DNA of 64,000 nt, taken from IMG/VR virus record IMGVR_UViG_3300025433_000003; one strand, given 5' to 3'. The translations under genes and the position numbers were made by a program. Source of the stretch: an uncultured virus (IMG/VR IMGVR_UViG_3300025433_000003). Taxonomy: Duplodnaviria; Heunggongvirae; Uroviricota; Caudoviricetes. Position 1 is the stretch's first letter. The number at the start of each line of letters is the position of its first letter. The notes beneath the pieces are model-generated. The model was given only the letters and a program-made list of their open reading frames with translations. It made no database searches and was not told where the DNA came from. Below, piece after piece: positions 36,475-47,209 of the stretch.

Positions 36475-37737
36475 ATGGGAGCCCAATCACAATTAAGTTT
36501 TGAAATATTACTAACAATAAACGGGATATCGTACTCTGATATCTCATTTTGTGCATTTATACGATCACCTATACTCAAGCAAAGTTCATTTTGCTTAGTT
36601 AAATTATTTTTTTCTCAACCAGTTTTGCGACAAATGATAAGTGATATAGATAGAAATAAATTTCCCAGCATTACAATGACAATATACTCAAAAGATGAAG
36701 GTAAAACAAAAGGAAATACAAATGTTGTTTTTGTTAAAACGTTTTTATGTATTAAAGTAACTCCTGAAGGAGCGATTAGATTTCAAGAAGATAAAATGTT
36801 TACAACGCTTGTATTAGTTCATCCAACTTTATATTATCTTGGAAACAATAACACATATAATAATATTCAATTTGATAAAAAAGCTGGAGATGTATTAGGA
36901 GGGTTTGAAGGGTTCTTGAGTACTAATTTTGGAGAAATTTTTAAATTTAATCATATTGGGGCAGATGTTCAGAAAAATGAATATATATATGAAGAAATAT
37001 TAACTCGAGCAAAAAACGATTTAAATGTGCCGTCATATCTAATTAACAACTACAAAGTGAATAATACATTTAGTTATTATTTTTTCGATTCGTTTGCAAT
37101 ATCGGAAAGTGACGATATGGAAATAGCTAATTACTATATTAACTTATTTGACAAAACTAAATTTAAAAAAGTCGATGTGTTTGAATATTTCGATCGACAA
37201 GTAACTAGTAATAAAATTTTAATGAAAAATCTTTCAGACACAGACCAAACTTTGATAGGTAAACGAGGAAATAGGTATATATTCAAACATCAGGAAATTA
37301 AATATTCACATGAAAAAGAACCTAAAATTACGTCACTTGATAAAAAACTAACACCAATATCAACGGATTTTAAAATGGTTGAAGAACGTAAAATTAAATC
37401 CGTAATCGAACAAGGAGTAGTTGGAATAGTATATGGTGGAAGTTCAGCAACGACAATAATATATTGTCCTGATGAACCAGGAAATGGTCAAGCAAGATTT
37501 GATAATGCAATTCAACTAGTTAGTGATAAAATCATGGGTTTTCAATATTATGAAATGTCAAACTGTTTACCAGATTTTCCACAATTTGGAGAAATATATA
37601 ATTTAGAAGAACACAATGAATCTAATTTTGTTTTATCTCCATTAAATATCGTTAATGTTTTTTATAGAAAAAATCAAAGAGAACATTATTTATATCATCT
37701 TGCAAAGACTGTTATGTTGCGTTATAAAAATGATTAA
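36475..37737 (+). CDS. Hypothetical protein (possibly virion structural)
   Basis: 420-aa ORF; no motif recognised. Confidence 0.65.
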   Translation: MGAQSQLSFEILLTINGISYSDISFCAFIRSPILKQSSFCLVKLFFSQPVLRQMISDIDRNKFPSITMTIYSKDEGKTKGNTNVVFVKTFLCIKVTPEGAIRFQEDKMFTTLVLVHPTLYYLGNNNTYNNIQFDKKAGDVLGGFEGFLSTNFGEIFKFNHIGADVQKNEYIYEEILTRAKNDLNVPSYLINNYKVNNTFSYYFFDSFAISESDDMEIANYYINLFDKTKFKKVDVFEYFDRQVTSNKILMKNLSDTDQTLIGKRGNRYIFKHQEIKYSHEKEPKITSLDKKLTPISTDFKMVEERKIKSVIEQGVVGIVYGGSSATTIIYCPDEPGNGQARFDNAIQLVSDKIMGFQYYEMSNCLPDFPQFGEIYNLEEHNESNFVLSPLNIVNVFYRKNQREHYLYHLAKTVMLRYKND

Positions 37738-37843
37738 GATTTTTAATATTGTCAGTTTTCATATATAAATTATTAAAATATATACAAATTATTTTTTAAT
37801 AATTTTTTAATTTCTTTTTATAAATCTTGACTGGAGAAATCAT

Positions 37844-38824
37844 GTGCATAATGCTAATAGAAATATTTATGTTAAATCAAGTATAACGTATGAATTAGTT
37901 AAAAACATATTAAATACTCTACACAAAACAAATATTATTTTTTATATTGATTTAGCATCGGTATGTAAAGGGTTGTATAATAAGAACAATGTATTTAATG
38001 AAATAAACTATTATATTGAAAATAAACGTCCAAGTGACCAGTTAGTTAATGAATACCGAGATTATCTAAATCTTCTTCATAAAAGATTTAGGGGATTCAA
38101 TCCCAAATTTGTAACTTTTTTTGATGATGGACAAAATAGTCAAAACTTATCTATCCAAAGTTCGTATAAGAGTGGACGATCAAGTTTAGCTGATATCATT
38201 GATAAAGATGAAGACTTATACTTGTTTAAACAATTAAAGAAAAGATATTGGGAAGAAATTGAACAGAAATGCAGTATAAAAGGACATGGTGTTGTATATA
38301 ATCTTCATGAATATGAAAGTGACTTGATTCCATATTATGTAATTAAGAATAACTTTTATGAAAGTGGAGAAGAACACACGTTGAATGTTGTTATATCTAA
38401 TGATAAAGACTTATTGCAATGTTGTCAATTTACAAACACAATACAATTCACTAATCGATTTATGCCTAGTCAAACAGGGAACAAACGATTAGCAATCGAT
38501 TGTTGGGACAATAATTCAGCTATTGAGTATATATATAAAAAATTTAAAAGAGGAGCATTGACATCAAAACACATAGTATTGATATTAGCATTGGCTGGGG
38601 ATAAGGCAGATGGAATCAATGGTATTAAAAATGTAGGTCCTAAAAAAGCAATAGACTTAATATTGAATTATAATATTCCTATTGATCCGTTAATATTAAA
38701 GAACGAATTACAAAATATGCCAGATATCATCAAAACCAATATAACAACAATTGTTGAAAATATTAAAATGATATCATTTGAAGAACAACTAAAACGGATT
38801 AAAATTACAAAAAGGGAGATGTAA
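37844..38824 (+). CDS. 5'-3' exonuclease / flap endonuclease (T4 RNase H-like)
   Basis: YIDL, FFDD, YKSGR, ESDLI, SNDKDLLQ, LAGDKADGINGIKNVGPKKA. Confidence 0.9.
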   Translation: MHNANRNIYVKSSITYELVKNILNTLHKTNIIFYIDLASVCKGLYNKNNVFNEINYYIENKRPSDQLVNEYRDYLNLLHKRFRGFNPKFVTFFDDGQNSQNLSIQSSYKSGRSSLADIIDKDEDLYLFKQLKKRYWEEIEQKCSIKGHGVVYNLHEYESDLIPYYVIKNNFYESGEEHTLNVVISNDKDLLQCCQFTNTIQFTNRFMPSQTGNKRLAIDCWDNNSAIEYIYKKFKRGALTSKHIVLILALAGDKADGINGIKNVGPKKAIDLILNYNIPIDPLILKNELQNMPDIIKTNITTIVENIKMISFEEQLKRIKITKREM

Positions 38825-39208
38825 ATGCTCATCAACGAAGTGAATACCGTACTTAGGCTGATGTTTAATGAATTAATTGAAAGTGGATTTAAAAAATTTC
38901 CAATGGCAGAAGTTACACTTGGAAAATCTTTTTCTCCACAGTTTAATAAATTTCTTGAAGATGTCGATTTAGGACTTAATCCGTTAACTAGAATGGTTAA
39001 TGGGCTAGGATTTGATTTACATCTAGTTCCAGTTAAATCGGACAATAATGAATTTAAAAAATTAATGGAAGATCAATTCACTAGTTTTTTAGCTACTTCA
39101 AAAAATGATTTGATCGATCATATTGAGAACTGTCCTGAAGTGAAAAAAGGAAAAACCAATAAATTGTATGAGGATATAGTCGATGATTTATTAAATGGGT
39201 TAGATTAG
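38825..39208 (+). CDS. Hypothetical protein, possible HTH
   Basis: GGGAG RBS; 127 aa. Confidence 0.6.
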   Translation: MLINEVNTVLRLMFNELIESGFKKFPMAEVTLGKSFSPQFNKFLEDVDLGLNPLTRMVNGLGFDLHLVPVKSDNNEFKKLMEDQFTSFLATSKNDLIDHIENCPEVKKGKTNKLYEDIVDDLLNGLD

Positions 39209-39227
39209 ACTTGGAGTATTATTTATT

Positions 39228-39989
39228 ATGCAAACATGGACGAATTTATTAAACTATATTAAAAGAAATACAGGAGCTAAATTAAATTTACTTGAGATGG
39301 ACGATGATGAAATTATAGAAGGAATCACTGAAGACGTACTTCCCCTATTTTCTCAATATTCATCATTCAAGAAATACTGTATTATAAATGGTGATTGTTT
39401 GATGCCTTTTACAACAAACAGTGGAGACAATCAATGGAAATATGAATTACCTATTACTATAAATGAATATGTGATTGATATTGATGCTGTGTACATTGAC
39501 ACTGGAGCAACTGACGATCCATTTTATAATACAAAATACAGCAATGGGAATACCAGTAGTAGCTTATCAAATTATGGTGGAGGGTCTACTGGAGTTTATG
39601 GTGGAGGAATGATAGATACTGTTGTTAATAATGAATTTCTCAATATGTTAAATTCACTTGGTAAACAGATTACTTGGGAATTTACTCCACCTAAAACTAT
39701 TCGAGTAGATGGAGAAGTAAACACAGCAGTTGTTGTATATTGTACAAACCATGAAGACTTAAATACAATTAGTCCTGATTTTTACAATATAATATTTAAA
39801 CCACTTTCACTCGGATATGTATTGAAATGGATTTCAGCAATTAGATCTAAATACGAAACATTAGCATCTCCAATGGGTGAAATTAGAATCAATTGGAGTA
39901 AACTAGAACAAGATTCAGAAAAACTAATTATGGAAGCAAATGAGAAAATGGAAAACATTGTACCAGATCATTTTCTTGAAATCGTTTAA
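39228..39989 (+). CDS. Putative neck/head-completion protein (T4 gp13-like)
   Basis: LLNYIKRNTGAKLNLLEMDDDEI at the N-terminus; RSKY..PMGEIRINW at the C-terminus. Confidence 0.55.
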   Translation: MQTWTNLLNYIKRNTGAKLNLLEMDDDEIIEGITEDVLPLFSQYSSFKKYCIINGDCLMPFTTNSGDNQWKYELPITINEYVIDIDAVYIDTGATDDPFYNTKYSNGNTSSSLSNYGGGSTGVYGGGMIDTVVNNEFLNMLNSLGKQITWEFTPPKTIRVDGEVNTAVVVYCTNHEDLNTISPDFYNIIFKPLSLGYVLKWISAIRSKYETLASPMGEIRINWSKLEQDSEKLIMEANEKMENIVPDHFLEIV

Positions 39990-40009
39990 ATAAAAAAGGA
40001 ATTAACAAC

Positions 40010-40801
40010 ATGGCAGGACAATCTTCACTTCAAAATATTTTTGACAGATCTTTTCCAGCGAATAATCTATTTGGAATTTCATTGGTCAAAGACGCAGCAC
40101 CAGATCTTCCATTTTATAAACCAAGATATTTTTGTTTCGTATCTGTTACTCCTGGAGCAAAAACAGATAGTGGCGGTCGCACTTTTCAAAAAGAAGGGCG
40201 AATCACAATTAAAGCCGATCTAGAAAAAGTTCTTGCTATTAGTAATAGTCTAAAAGCGTTTGCTCGTGGACAGGGTGAAACATTTGGTCAATTCGCTATC
40301 TTTTCTGATAGTAGTAAATCGAGTTTTGGCGGGTCGGGTGGAGGATTTAAATCTTGTTTCGTTAGTGATTTTTTACAACAAGCTAAAGAAGGATCAAATC
40401 AAAAAGCTCAAAATAAAGTTGTAATTTCACTAAAAACTAGTGGGAATCCTATTGGTATTTTTATGTCTAGACCAGAAGCAATTGCAATGGCGGATATATT
40501 TGATTTTATTGCAATGAAAGGTTTTGAATTAGAATTCAAAGATAAGAAAAACTCGGTAGGTACAGTTCAGAACACTAATAATAGTTATAAACCACAGAAC
40601 CAGGGTGGGGGACAAAATCAAGGATACCAGCAGCAACAGCAACAGCCTCAGAATCAAGGGTATCAGCAGCAAGGTGGTGGACAGCCACAGCAGGGGGGAT
40701 ATCAACAACAGCCTCAGGGTAATTCTGTAGGTAATGCGATGGGAGTTCCACAGCAGCCGACTAATCAAGCTCCTCCGCCAGATGATGACATTCCATTCTA
40801 A
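40010..40801 (+). CDS. Putative ssDNA-binding protein with Gln/Gly linker and DDDIPF tail
   Basis: Ends PPPDDDIPF like bacterial SSB; N-terminal domain not a recognisable canonical SSB. Confidence 0.6.
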   Translation: MAGQSSLQNIFDRSFPANNLFGISLVKDAAPDLPFYKPRYFCFVSVTPGAKTDSGGRTFQKEGRITIKADLEKVLAISNSLKAFARGQGETFGQFAIFSDSSKSSFGGSGGGFKSCFVSDFLQQAKEGSNQKAQNKVVISLKTSGNPIGIFMSRPEAIAMADIFDFIAMKGFELEFKDKKNSVGTVQNTNNSYKPQNQGGGQNQGYQQQQQQPQNQGYQQQGGGQPQQGGYQQQPQGNSVGNAMGVPQQPTNQAPPPDDDIPF

Positions 40802-40847
40802 ACATTAACATAATCAACTAATTATACTAGAGAAATAGTGTAATTAG

Positions 40848-41456
40848 TTGATTTTATATTCTTTAAAAAATAAGGACAATATTATGCAAGACTTAATTTT
40901 TGACACAGAAGGTCAGGAACTAGGAGACATTTTTTTCTATAATGCACTAGCTGAAGTTGTAGTGACTACAATACCAATTACTGTTCGACAATATTTTCAG
41001 AAGAAAGAAAATCGACAGAAGTTATTTGAAGAAATTGGTGAAAAAGCATTTTTGATGCCCAAAGAATTAAAATTTCCTGTAGTTAATCCTTTTACAAAAG
41101 ATTTTGATTGTAGATTAATACAAGCTGCTATAATCAGAAGCAAACAACATAAGTATCCAGAAGTTGAACACAAAGCTAAATCGTTATATGAGAAACATGG
41201 ATGCAAGGAAGAGTTAAAAATAATTCTTAAAGAAGGACAAGAAGATGGAGTAGAATTTACTTACGATGAGTTATTTGAAACTTTTGATTTCGATAGTGTG
41301 CGTATATTTGAAAATCAAGACGAATATCAAAAATTGTTTGATGATACTCTTAAAAGATTTAAAGTTGAATCTATTATTGAATTATCTAAAGATGATAAGA
41401 AAAAGTTTTTTAATATTCTTGAGAAAAACTGGACTAAGGAAGAGAAAGAGAAATAA
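40848..41456 (+). CDS. Hypothetical protein (start probably ATG 40884)
   Basis: AAGGA RBS before 40884. Confidence 0.65.
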   Translation: MILYSLKNKDNIMQDLIFDTEGQELGDIFFYNALAEVVVTTIPITVRQYFQKKENRQKLFEEIGEKAFLMPKELKFPVVNPFTKDFDCRLIQAAIIRSKQHKYPEVEHKAKSLYEKHGCKEELKIILKEGQEDGVEFTYDELFETFDFDSVRIFENQDEYQKLFDDTLKRFKVESIIELSKDDKKKFFNILEKNWTKEEKEK

Positions 41457-41473
41457 CTACCTGGAGATTTTTT

Positions 41474-42025
41474 ATGATTTCAAATGAATTATTTAAAAAC
41501 GTTAAACTTCCTGATAAGAAGTTTACTATCGTTCCGGATTTAGTCAGATGGGCTAAGAAGAATAAGTTAATGGACAAAGATGTTCAACGACCGAACATTA
41601 AACTCGAAGAAGATGAGTATGCGGTACCGCAAAAGAATAAATCCAAAGTCAAAAAAATAAATATAAAAACGGGCAGACTCAAAAAACATAATGTAAAAAA
41701 TTATGAAGTAACTAATATTAAACCAGAAGACCGAACTTTAAAAAATCTTCCAGTGTATGCTGACAAGAAACCTAAAGTACGTTTTCAAGATTGGTTGATG
41801 TTAAAAAAATCTCCTAAACTATATTCCAAACACGACGATTGTAGTTGGGGTCGATCACCAAGTGGTGAAGTTTATGGATGGTCACATCGTGCTGTCGCTG
41901 GTTTTAAGATTGGTAAAAAAATCACTCTAGATACTTGTGGTAATTGGAAAAAAGAAGTGTGGACAATTAAAACTGAAGTTGAAGCAGAACGAATGGCTAA
42001 AGAATTTGCTCGAAGTGTTAGTTAA
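41474..42025 (+). CDS. Hypothetical basic phage protein
   Basis: GGAG RBS; YGWSHRA..FKIG..AKEFARSVS. Confidence 0.65.
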   Translation: MISNELFKNVKLPDKKFTIVPDLVRWAKKNKLMDKDVQRPNIKLEEDEYAVPQKNKSKVKKINIKTGRLKKHNVKNYEVTNIKPEDRTLKNLPVYADKKPKVRFQDWLMLKKSPKLYSKHDDCSWGRSPSGEVYGWSHRAVAGFKIGKKITLDTCGNWKKEVWTIKTEVEAERMAKEFARSVS

Positions 42026-42050
42026 ACGTATTCAGAAAGGAGTTTAAAAA

Positions 42051-42365
42051 ATGGCTGATTGTCCAACAGTGGGCGGACCATGTACCACAGTAGATTGTAG
42101 TTTTTGGAGTATACCCGATGAAAAATGTACTATGCTCCCTACACCTGCAACTGCTGCACAGATTTTAATGTCTGAATTTTTAGGTAATGCAGATATGGAT
42201 AATAACGGAGAAATATATGGTACAGATTTTATGATTGACGGTGAAGGAAAACCTCCTCTACTTATTGCAATTGAAAATAATCCCGAATGGGGGTTTCCTG
42301 AAAAGAAAGTATTATGGGCAGATTTTCTTAGTGAAGTCATATCACCAACTGATCCAATTTTGTAA
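42051..42365 (+). CDS. Hypothetical Cys-containing protein
   Basis: AAGGAG RBS; CP..C..C..W..C N-terminus. Confidence 0.6.
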   Translation: MADCPTVGGPCTTVDCSFWSIPDEKCTMLPTPATAAQILMSEFLGNADMDNNGEIYGTDFMIDGEGKPPLLIAIENNPEWGFPEKKVLWADFLSEVISPTDPIL

Positions 42366-42386
42366 ACTTACAGGGAGAGTTATTAA

Positions 42387-42668
42387 ATGGGATGCCCTTG
42401 GGCAACAAGATTAACAGACAATTGTACTGGTCATCCAGGATGTCCTCCTAGACCATCGTGTTCTGGTTCTCCAAATGTATTTACTAATGGGTTAAATCAA
42501 ATGAGGTTAAGTGATTGTTATGTGCCCCATTGTAACCATCCAGGAATTTTAGTTGGAGGATCTGGAACTGTATTTGTTAATGGTCTTCCTGCTGGACGAC
42601 AAGGAGATCCGGTTAATTGTGGAAGTTTAGCAGATGAACATTCACCAGATGTTAAAATTGGAGGATAG
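42387..42668 (+). CDS. PAAR-domain spike tip protein
   Basis: DNCTGH..GSPNVFTNG..H..GSGTVFVNGLPAGRQGDPVNCGS. Confidence 0.92.
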   Translation: MGCPWATRLTDNCTGHPGCPPRPSCSGSPNVFTNGLNQMRLSDCYVPHCNHPGILVGGSGTVFVNGLPAGRQGDPVNCGSLADEHSPDVKIGG

Positions 42669-43040
42669 TTGTTTAAATTAATTCAAAAATTTAAAAATAA
42701 ATTCATTACAAAAAGAAAAATTAATACTATATTAGATTGTGTTGAAGATATTGATATTACTAATGATTTAGTTACAATCAAATTAAATAAAAACATACTC
42801 GTAAAATCAAATCAGAACATTATATTGAATTCCGATAGAAATATTGTGTTTAAATGTAAAACACTTCATATGAATCCTGATATAAACATAGTCAAAAACA
42901 TTGATTTATATGGAGTGTCAAATACAATAAATACAATAATTGAGGATATTGAAAGTAATAATGATTTTATTGACATTGGTGTTGATTTAAATGGAGTTAA
43001 AGAAATTTGTGAATGTACTAAACATAAGGAGACTTCATGA
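42669..43040 (+). CDS. Hypothetical protein
   Basis: Follows PAAR directly; GGAGG upstream. Confidence 0.55.
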   Translation: MFKLIQKFKNKFITKRKINTILDCVEDIDITNDLVTIKLNKNILVKSNQNIILNSDRNIVFKCKTLHMNPDINIVKNIDLYGVSNTINTIIEDIESNNDFIDIGVDLNGVKEICECTKHKETS

Positions 43041-43199
43041 TCAGAATATCGATTCAAGATTTTGATATTATTAGTCAATACAAACTAATCTGTCATCATT
43101 GTGGAAAAGTAATACTCTTTGATGATCATCCACTAGATATAGTTGATATTTACTGTCTGATGTGTCAAACTGAATATTGTCTATTAGAAGAGAACGAAA

Positions 43200-43760
43200 T
43201 TGCAGCCTGTTAAAGTTGCTCACTCTGGTGGAGCCAAAGGTGCAGACACTTTGTTTTCCCACTTAATTAATTGTACGTTTCCCCATATAGATATTATTCA
43301 TCATTCATTCACTGGTCATAAATTATATTCAACAACTGGTCGTCAGTATATTCATTCAGATGATGAGTTATATTCATGGAACAATACATTAAAAACTATT
43401 TGTGGAAGTTTAAATAGAAAACTCCCTTCTAAAGATTATATAAAAAAATTATTGTTGAGAAATATTTTTCAAATTAAAGATTCTTTATTAGTTATAGCTA
43501 TAGGCCCTATTACTGATCGTTCAATGTGTGTTGTTGATGGTGGGACTGGATACGCTATTAAGTATGGTCAGTTACTGAATATTCCTATGTTAGTATATAA
43601 TTTAGTTGACGATGTATGGTATTATTCTTTACATGGATTTGGGTTTCAAAAATTAAATCGTCTTCCAGAATTTAGTAAATTTCCATCTAGTATTACTTGT
43701 ATTGGTAGTCGAAATCTTAGTAGAAATAGTTTAATTAATATCAACAAATTGTTTGAGTAA
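43200..43760 (+). CDS. SLOG-like nucleotide-binding fold protein
   Basis: HSGGAKGAD, LLRNIFQI, GGTGYA, IGSR. Confidence 0.6.
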   Translation: MQPVKVAHSGGAKGADTLFSHLINCTFPHIDIIHHSFTGHKLYSTTGRQYIHSDDELYSWNNTLKTICGSLNRKLPSKDYIKKLLLRNIFQIKDSLLVIAIGPITDRSMCVVDGGTGYAIKYGQLLNIPMLVYNLVDDVWYYSLHGFGFQKLNRLPEFSKFPSSITCIGSRNLSRNSLININKLFE

Positions 43761-43793
43761 ATAATTATTTTTGGCCTCGGCAAATTTCAACAA

Positions 43794-45149
43794 TTGAAAA
43801 TAAATATTCTTAAAAAAGGAGAATTACGTGTGACATACAGATATGTTCATACAACAAGTAATGTTCTTGAACGTGGGTGGAATAAACAAATATTAAGACC
43901 ATATGTAAAACGATATTTATATTCTTTGTATAATGGATTCTCTAATACTGAGTTTGGATATGATTCCTTAGATAAACTGTCAAAAAAGATTGAAAAATAT
44001 TATAATGGATTGTATCCTGAAGATGGTGAAAAACTAATAATTGATTCTGGTGGATTTAGTATTATTCAAGGACAAATTAATCCCAGAGATATAACAAAGT
44101 TTATGGAATGTTATTGTTATTTTATGGAACACCATCAAGATGTGTATGATTATATTATGTCACTTGATATTCCAATATTCTTAAAATATCCAACGTTCAA
44201 TAATGTTAAAACAATTAAAAGTAATAATTTTAAATCATGTATTAAAACTAAAGAAATTCTTGAAAAACAACCTGAATTATATGAAAAATTCATATTTGTT
44301 TGGCACTTTAAATTGAAGAAACAATTTGATATTTGGCGGGAGATGTATGGTGAACTATTTGCCGAGGACAAAAAAGTTAAACATCATGCGATTGGTGGGC
44401 TGGTTAGTCTTAGAGGGATAACTGGAATTAAGTTTTCTCCATTCATTGCTCCAGTATATCGACTCATAAAACTAGTTGAACAAGATCAAGCTGATGACAA
44501 CTCTATCATACATATTCTTGGAGTATACGGAAAACATGATAGATTCTGTTTACAATTCATGGATATATTAATCAACAAATATTATTTGAAAGATAGTAAG
44601 AAGTCTATTGACATTACCTTCGATACAATTAATTACACGATTAGTGGTTTATTTAAAATCAGAGATTTTCCACTGGTTCAATTATTCAGGGATCAATTTG
44701 GAGCTAAGACAGACAAAGATATTGAACGATTATTACATGTATATATTCCGAATCCAAATATTTGCGAAAGTATAATTAAAGAATATTACAATCTTAAGAA
44801 TGGAAAACAAATTACAGATACTATAGTGTTGAGTACAACGTATATTATTTTTAGTCATATAATAGATCAATTAATGTTAAAATTCATTGAAGATGAAAAC
44901 TTAGTCGAACTATTTATAAAATATCCAAATTATAACCAATTAAAAAATAAATTACTACCAATACTTGATAAAGGCAGAAAACGATATCCAGTAGTGTTTA
45001 AAAATATGGAAACACAGATAATGAGTAATTTTTATTGGTTAAGTAATTTTCATATTGCTTATACCGATGGAGCGTCGCTTGAACGTATTGATAAAGGAAT
45101 TGAAGTGTTTATTAAACATATTAACTTTCCAATGGATCTTGACGATTAA
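43794..45149 (+). CDS. TGT-fold transglycosylase, putative DpdA-like 7-deazaguanine insertase (start possibly GTG 43830)
   Basis: IIDSGGFS, MSLDIP, VWH, AIGGLV, IHILGV, TFD motif order of the TGT family; lies next to queE. Confidence 0.75.
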   Translation: MKINILKKGELRVTYRYVHTTSNVLERGWNKQILRPYVKRYLYSLYNGFSNTEFGYDSLDKLSKKIEKYYNGLYPEDGEKLIIDSGGFSIIQGQINPRDITKFMECYCYFMEHHQDVYDYIMSLDIPIFLKYPTFNNVKTIKSNNFKSCIKTKEILEKQPELYEKFIFVWHFKLKKQFDIWREMYGELFAEDKKVKHHAIGGLVSLRGITGIKFSPFIAPVYRLIKLVEQDQADDNSIIHILGVYGKHDRFCLQFMDILINKYYLKDSKKSIDITFDTINYTISGLFKIRDFPLVQLFRDQFGAKTDKDIERLLHVYIPNPNICESIIKEYYNLKNGKQITDTIVLSTTYIIFSHIIDQLMLKFIEDENLVELFIKYPNYNQLKNKLLPILDKGRKRYPVVFKNMETQIMSNFYWLSNFHIAYTDGASLERIDKGIEVFIKHINFPMDLDD

Positions 45150-45219
45150 CGGAGAAAAATAATGGAATTTATTCAAAAATATTATACACTGATAGAAACA
45201 ATAATTAAAGAAGGTAATC

Positions 45220-45487
45220 ATGAAACTCAATGAAGCGATGAAAATCATAAACAATATTGATACTCCAGGATTTAGAGTTCATTTTGAAATTTCAAAAGAA
45301 GGACTTTTATATCCAGGTTATTTTCCTGACGACAACGAAGAACTTATAGAAAACGAAAAAATTGCATGGGGGACTTGCTAAAAAATTTGCATTAAAGACT
45401 AAAGGTAAATATGTAAATATTTATGTTGTCGATAGACGATTTGTCCCTGTACCCGGATATGAAAAACAACAGATTAAAAATAGATAA
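45220..45487 (+). pseudogene. Small phage gene with an apparent 1-nt frameshift in a G5 run
   Basis: Removing one G from 45368-45372 gives an intact 88-aa ORF (MKLNEAMKII...VNIYVVDRRFVPVPGYEKQQIKNR). Confidence 0.6.
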
Positions 45488-45512
45488 TAAATACTAAAAA
45501 GGAAAATTAATA

Positions 45513-46262
45513 ATGGAATTCATTCAAACTATACAGGGTGAAGGAATTAATGTTGGTAAACCTGTTATACTAGTTCGATTTGATGGATGTAATTTGTGTT
45601 GTGGATTTTGTGATACTAAGTGTGCATCACTATCGAAAGAGAAAACATCATACGAAGTAATATCCAATCAAATTAACGATCTAAGAAATAAATATCCCAA
45701 CATAGACACTTTATTAATCACTGGTGGGGAACCAATATATGATGAAAATATTAAAATGGTTACTGATATTCTTGCAACTCAATCAAACATGAATTTTGAG
45801 ATTGAAACCAATGGAACGTCACTTGGTAGTTTGTTTTGGAATATGCGAAATAAATGTGATTTAGATGAAATTCAATTAAATATTAGCCCTAAATTCAATG
45901 TAGATGCACATAAAAATATTGAATCCCTCGAAAATATTGAATCCATCGAAGAAATTTATTCAATATATAAAGATCAGTTCTTAATAATGAAATTCGAAAA
46001 ATTTAATAATTATACAGTTAAATTTGTATATGGAGACTATTTGAATAATTGTGATAATATAATTCTTTCATTTATAATAATGAATAATATTCCAAAAGAA
46101 AAAGTATGTGTCATGCCATTTACTCCAAATCAAAATAATTTTGATCACCCAAGAAATTTTCTTGATGCATTTAATGATAGTGCTAAACAATCAATTGAAT
46201 TCTGTTTGAAACATGGATTTAGATATTCTCCCAGAGAACATATTACTCTAAATATTAAATAG
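45513..46262 (+). CDS. queE: 7-carboxy-7-deazaguanine synthase (radical SAM)
   Basis: TIQGEG..G.P.ILVRFDGCNLCCGFCDT, ITGGEP, IETNGT, ISPK, SPREH. Confidence 0.9.
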   Translation: MEFIQTIQGEGINVGKPVILVRFDGCNLCCGFCDTKCASLSKEKTSYEVISNQINDLRNKYPNIDTLLITGGEPIYDENIKMVTDILATQSNMNFEIETNGTSLGSLFWNMRNKCDLDEIQLNISPKFNVDAHKNIESLENIESIEEIYSIYKDQFLIMKFEKFNNYTVKFVYGDYLNNCDNIILSFIIMNNIPKEKVCVMPFTPNQNNFDHPRNFLDAFNDSAKQSIEFCLKHGFRYSPREHITLNIK

Positions 46263-46270
46263 GAGAATTT

Positions 46271-46475
46271 GTCAAGCACCCCAGGAAACCTCTGGGGCTT
46301 GAACAGACACGAGTAGCTAAGTAATTAGTCAATCAGGATCTAATTAAGAGTTCACTTACGGATGCCACTCCCAGTCCGTGACTCTGGAGGTACCGATAAT
46401 ATTTATATTATTGAAGTCCTCATTGCTGACCAGTAGGTAACGAAAATCAGTATTACTCTTAATTAAGTCGAGGAG
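46271..46475 (+). ncRNA. HEARO/omega-RNA scaffold
   Basis: GGATGCCACTCCCAGTCC..CTCTG, stem TAATTAAGAGT/ACTCTTAATTA, GTCGAGG. Confidence 0.75.
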
Positions 46476-47209
46476 GCTCAGATAGTCCAGACAATCTACT
46501 ATTACTTTGTAAACCTTGTCATGATAAGATTCACAAAGGGAAATCTAAGTGTCCGAAAGTTGGCACAAGTAAAACACTTAGAGCATCTGGAGTATTGAAT
46601 AGTTGTATGAAGTATATGTTCAATATGTTTGAATCTACTCCAGACATTTATATTCAAGATACTTTTGGTTATATTACTAAAGTAGCTAGACGACAATTTG
46701 ATATGGAGAAAACACATGCTAACGACGCTCATGTAATTGCGTTCAGTGATAGTCTAAGTTTCCAGGATATTTCTGAATATAGTTATACAGATGTAAGTAC
46801 AACAGTAAACTTCAAACAATATAGAAGACATGTTAGAAACCATGTACAGAGACATGAAGACCGTAAATATTATACTCCTGGGTATAAGAAGTGTCTAGCT
46901 TGGAATAGACGTAAACGTGAGACACAAACTAAACCTAGTTTAGTTGACGTGCGAAAGTATCTTCGAGAACAAGATATGTATGTCGACTTGGTTCCGAAAC
47001 CTGGTAAAGCTGTTCGACGAAAGTTGAATAAAGATATAAGATTCAGACCAGGAGATATTGTTTTGTGTGACGGTAAGTATAGTGTCTGTCGAGGTTGGGC
47101 GTCTACTCAAGGTAAAGTCATCCTTGAGGATGGCAGTAAAACAGGATATAGAGTTAAACAAAAAGATTGTGTTGTTGTTAAACATAATAGTGGAATGGTT
47201 GCGAGTTAA
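46466..47209 (+). pseudogene. iscB: Truncated IscB (3' half of HNH, RuvC-III, C-terminal domain)
   Basis: SRGGSDSPDNLLLLCKPCHDKIH, TFGYITK..R, KTHANDAHVIA. In-frame stop just upstream; PLMP and RuvC-I absent. Confidence 0.8.

Noticed and set aside
40590..40720. CAG-rich repeats
   Set aside because: Explained by the Gln/Gly linker of the encoded protein.
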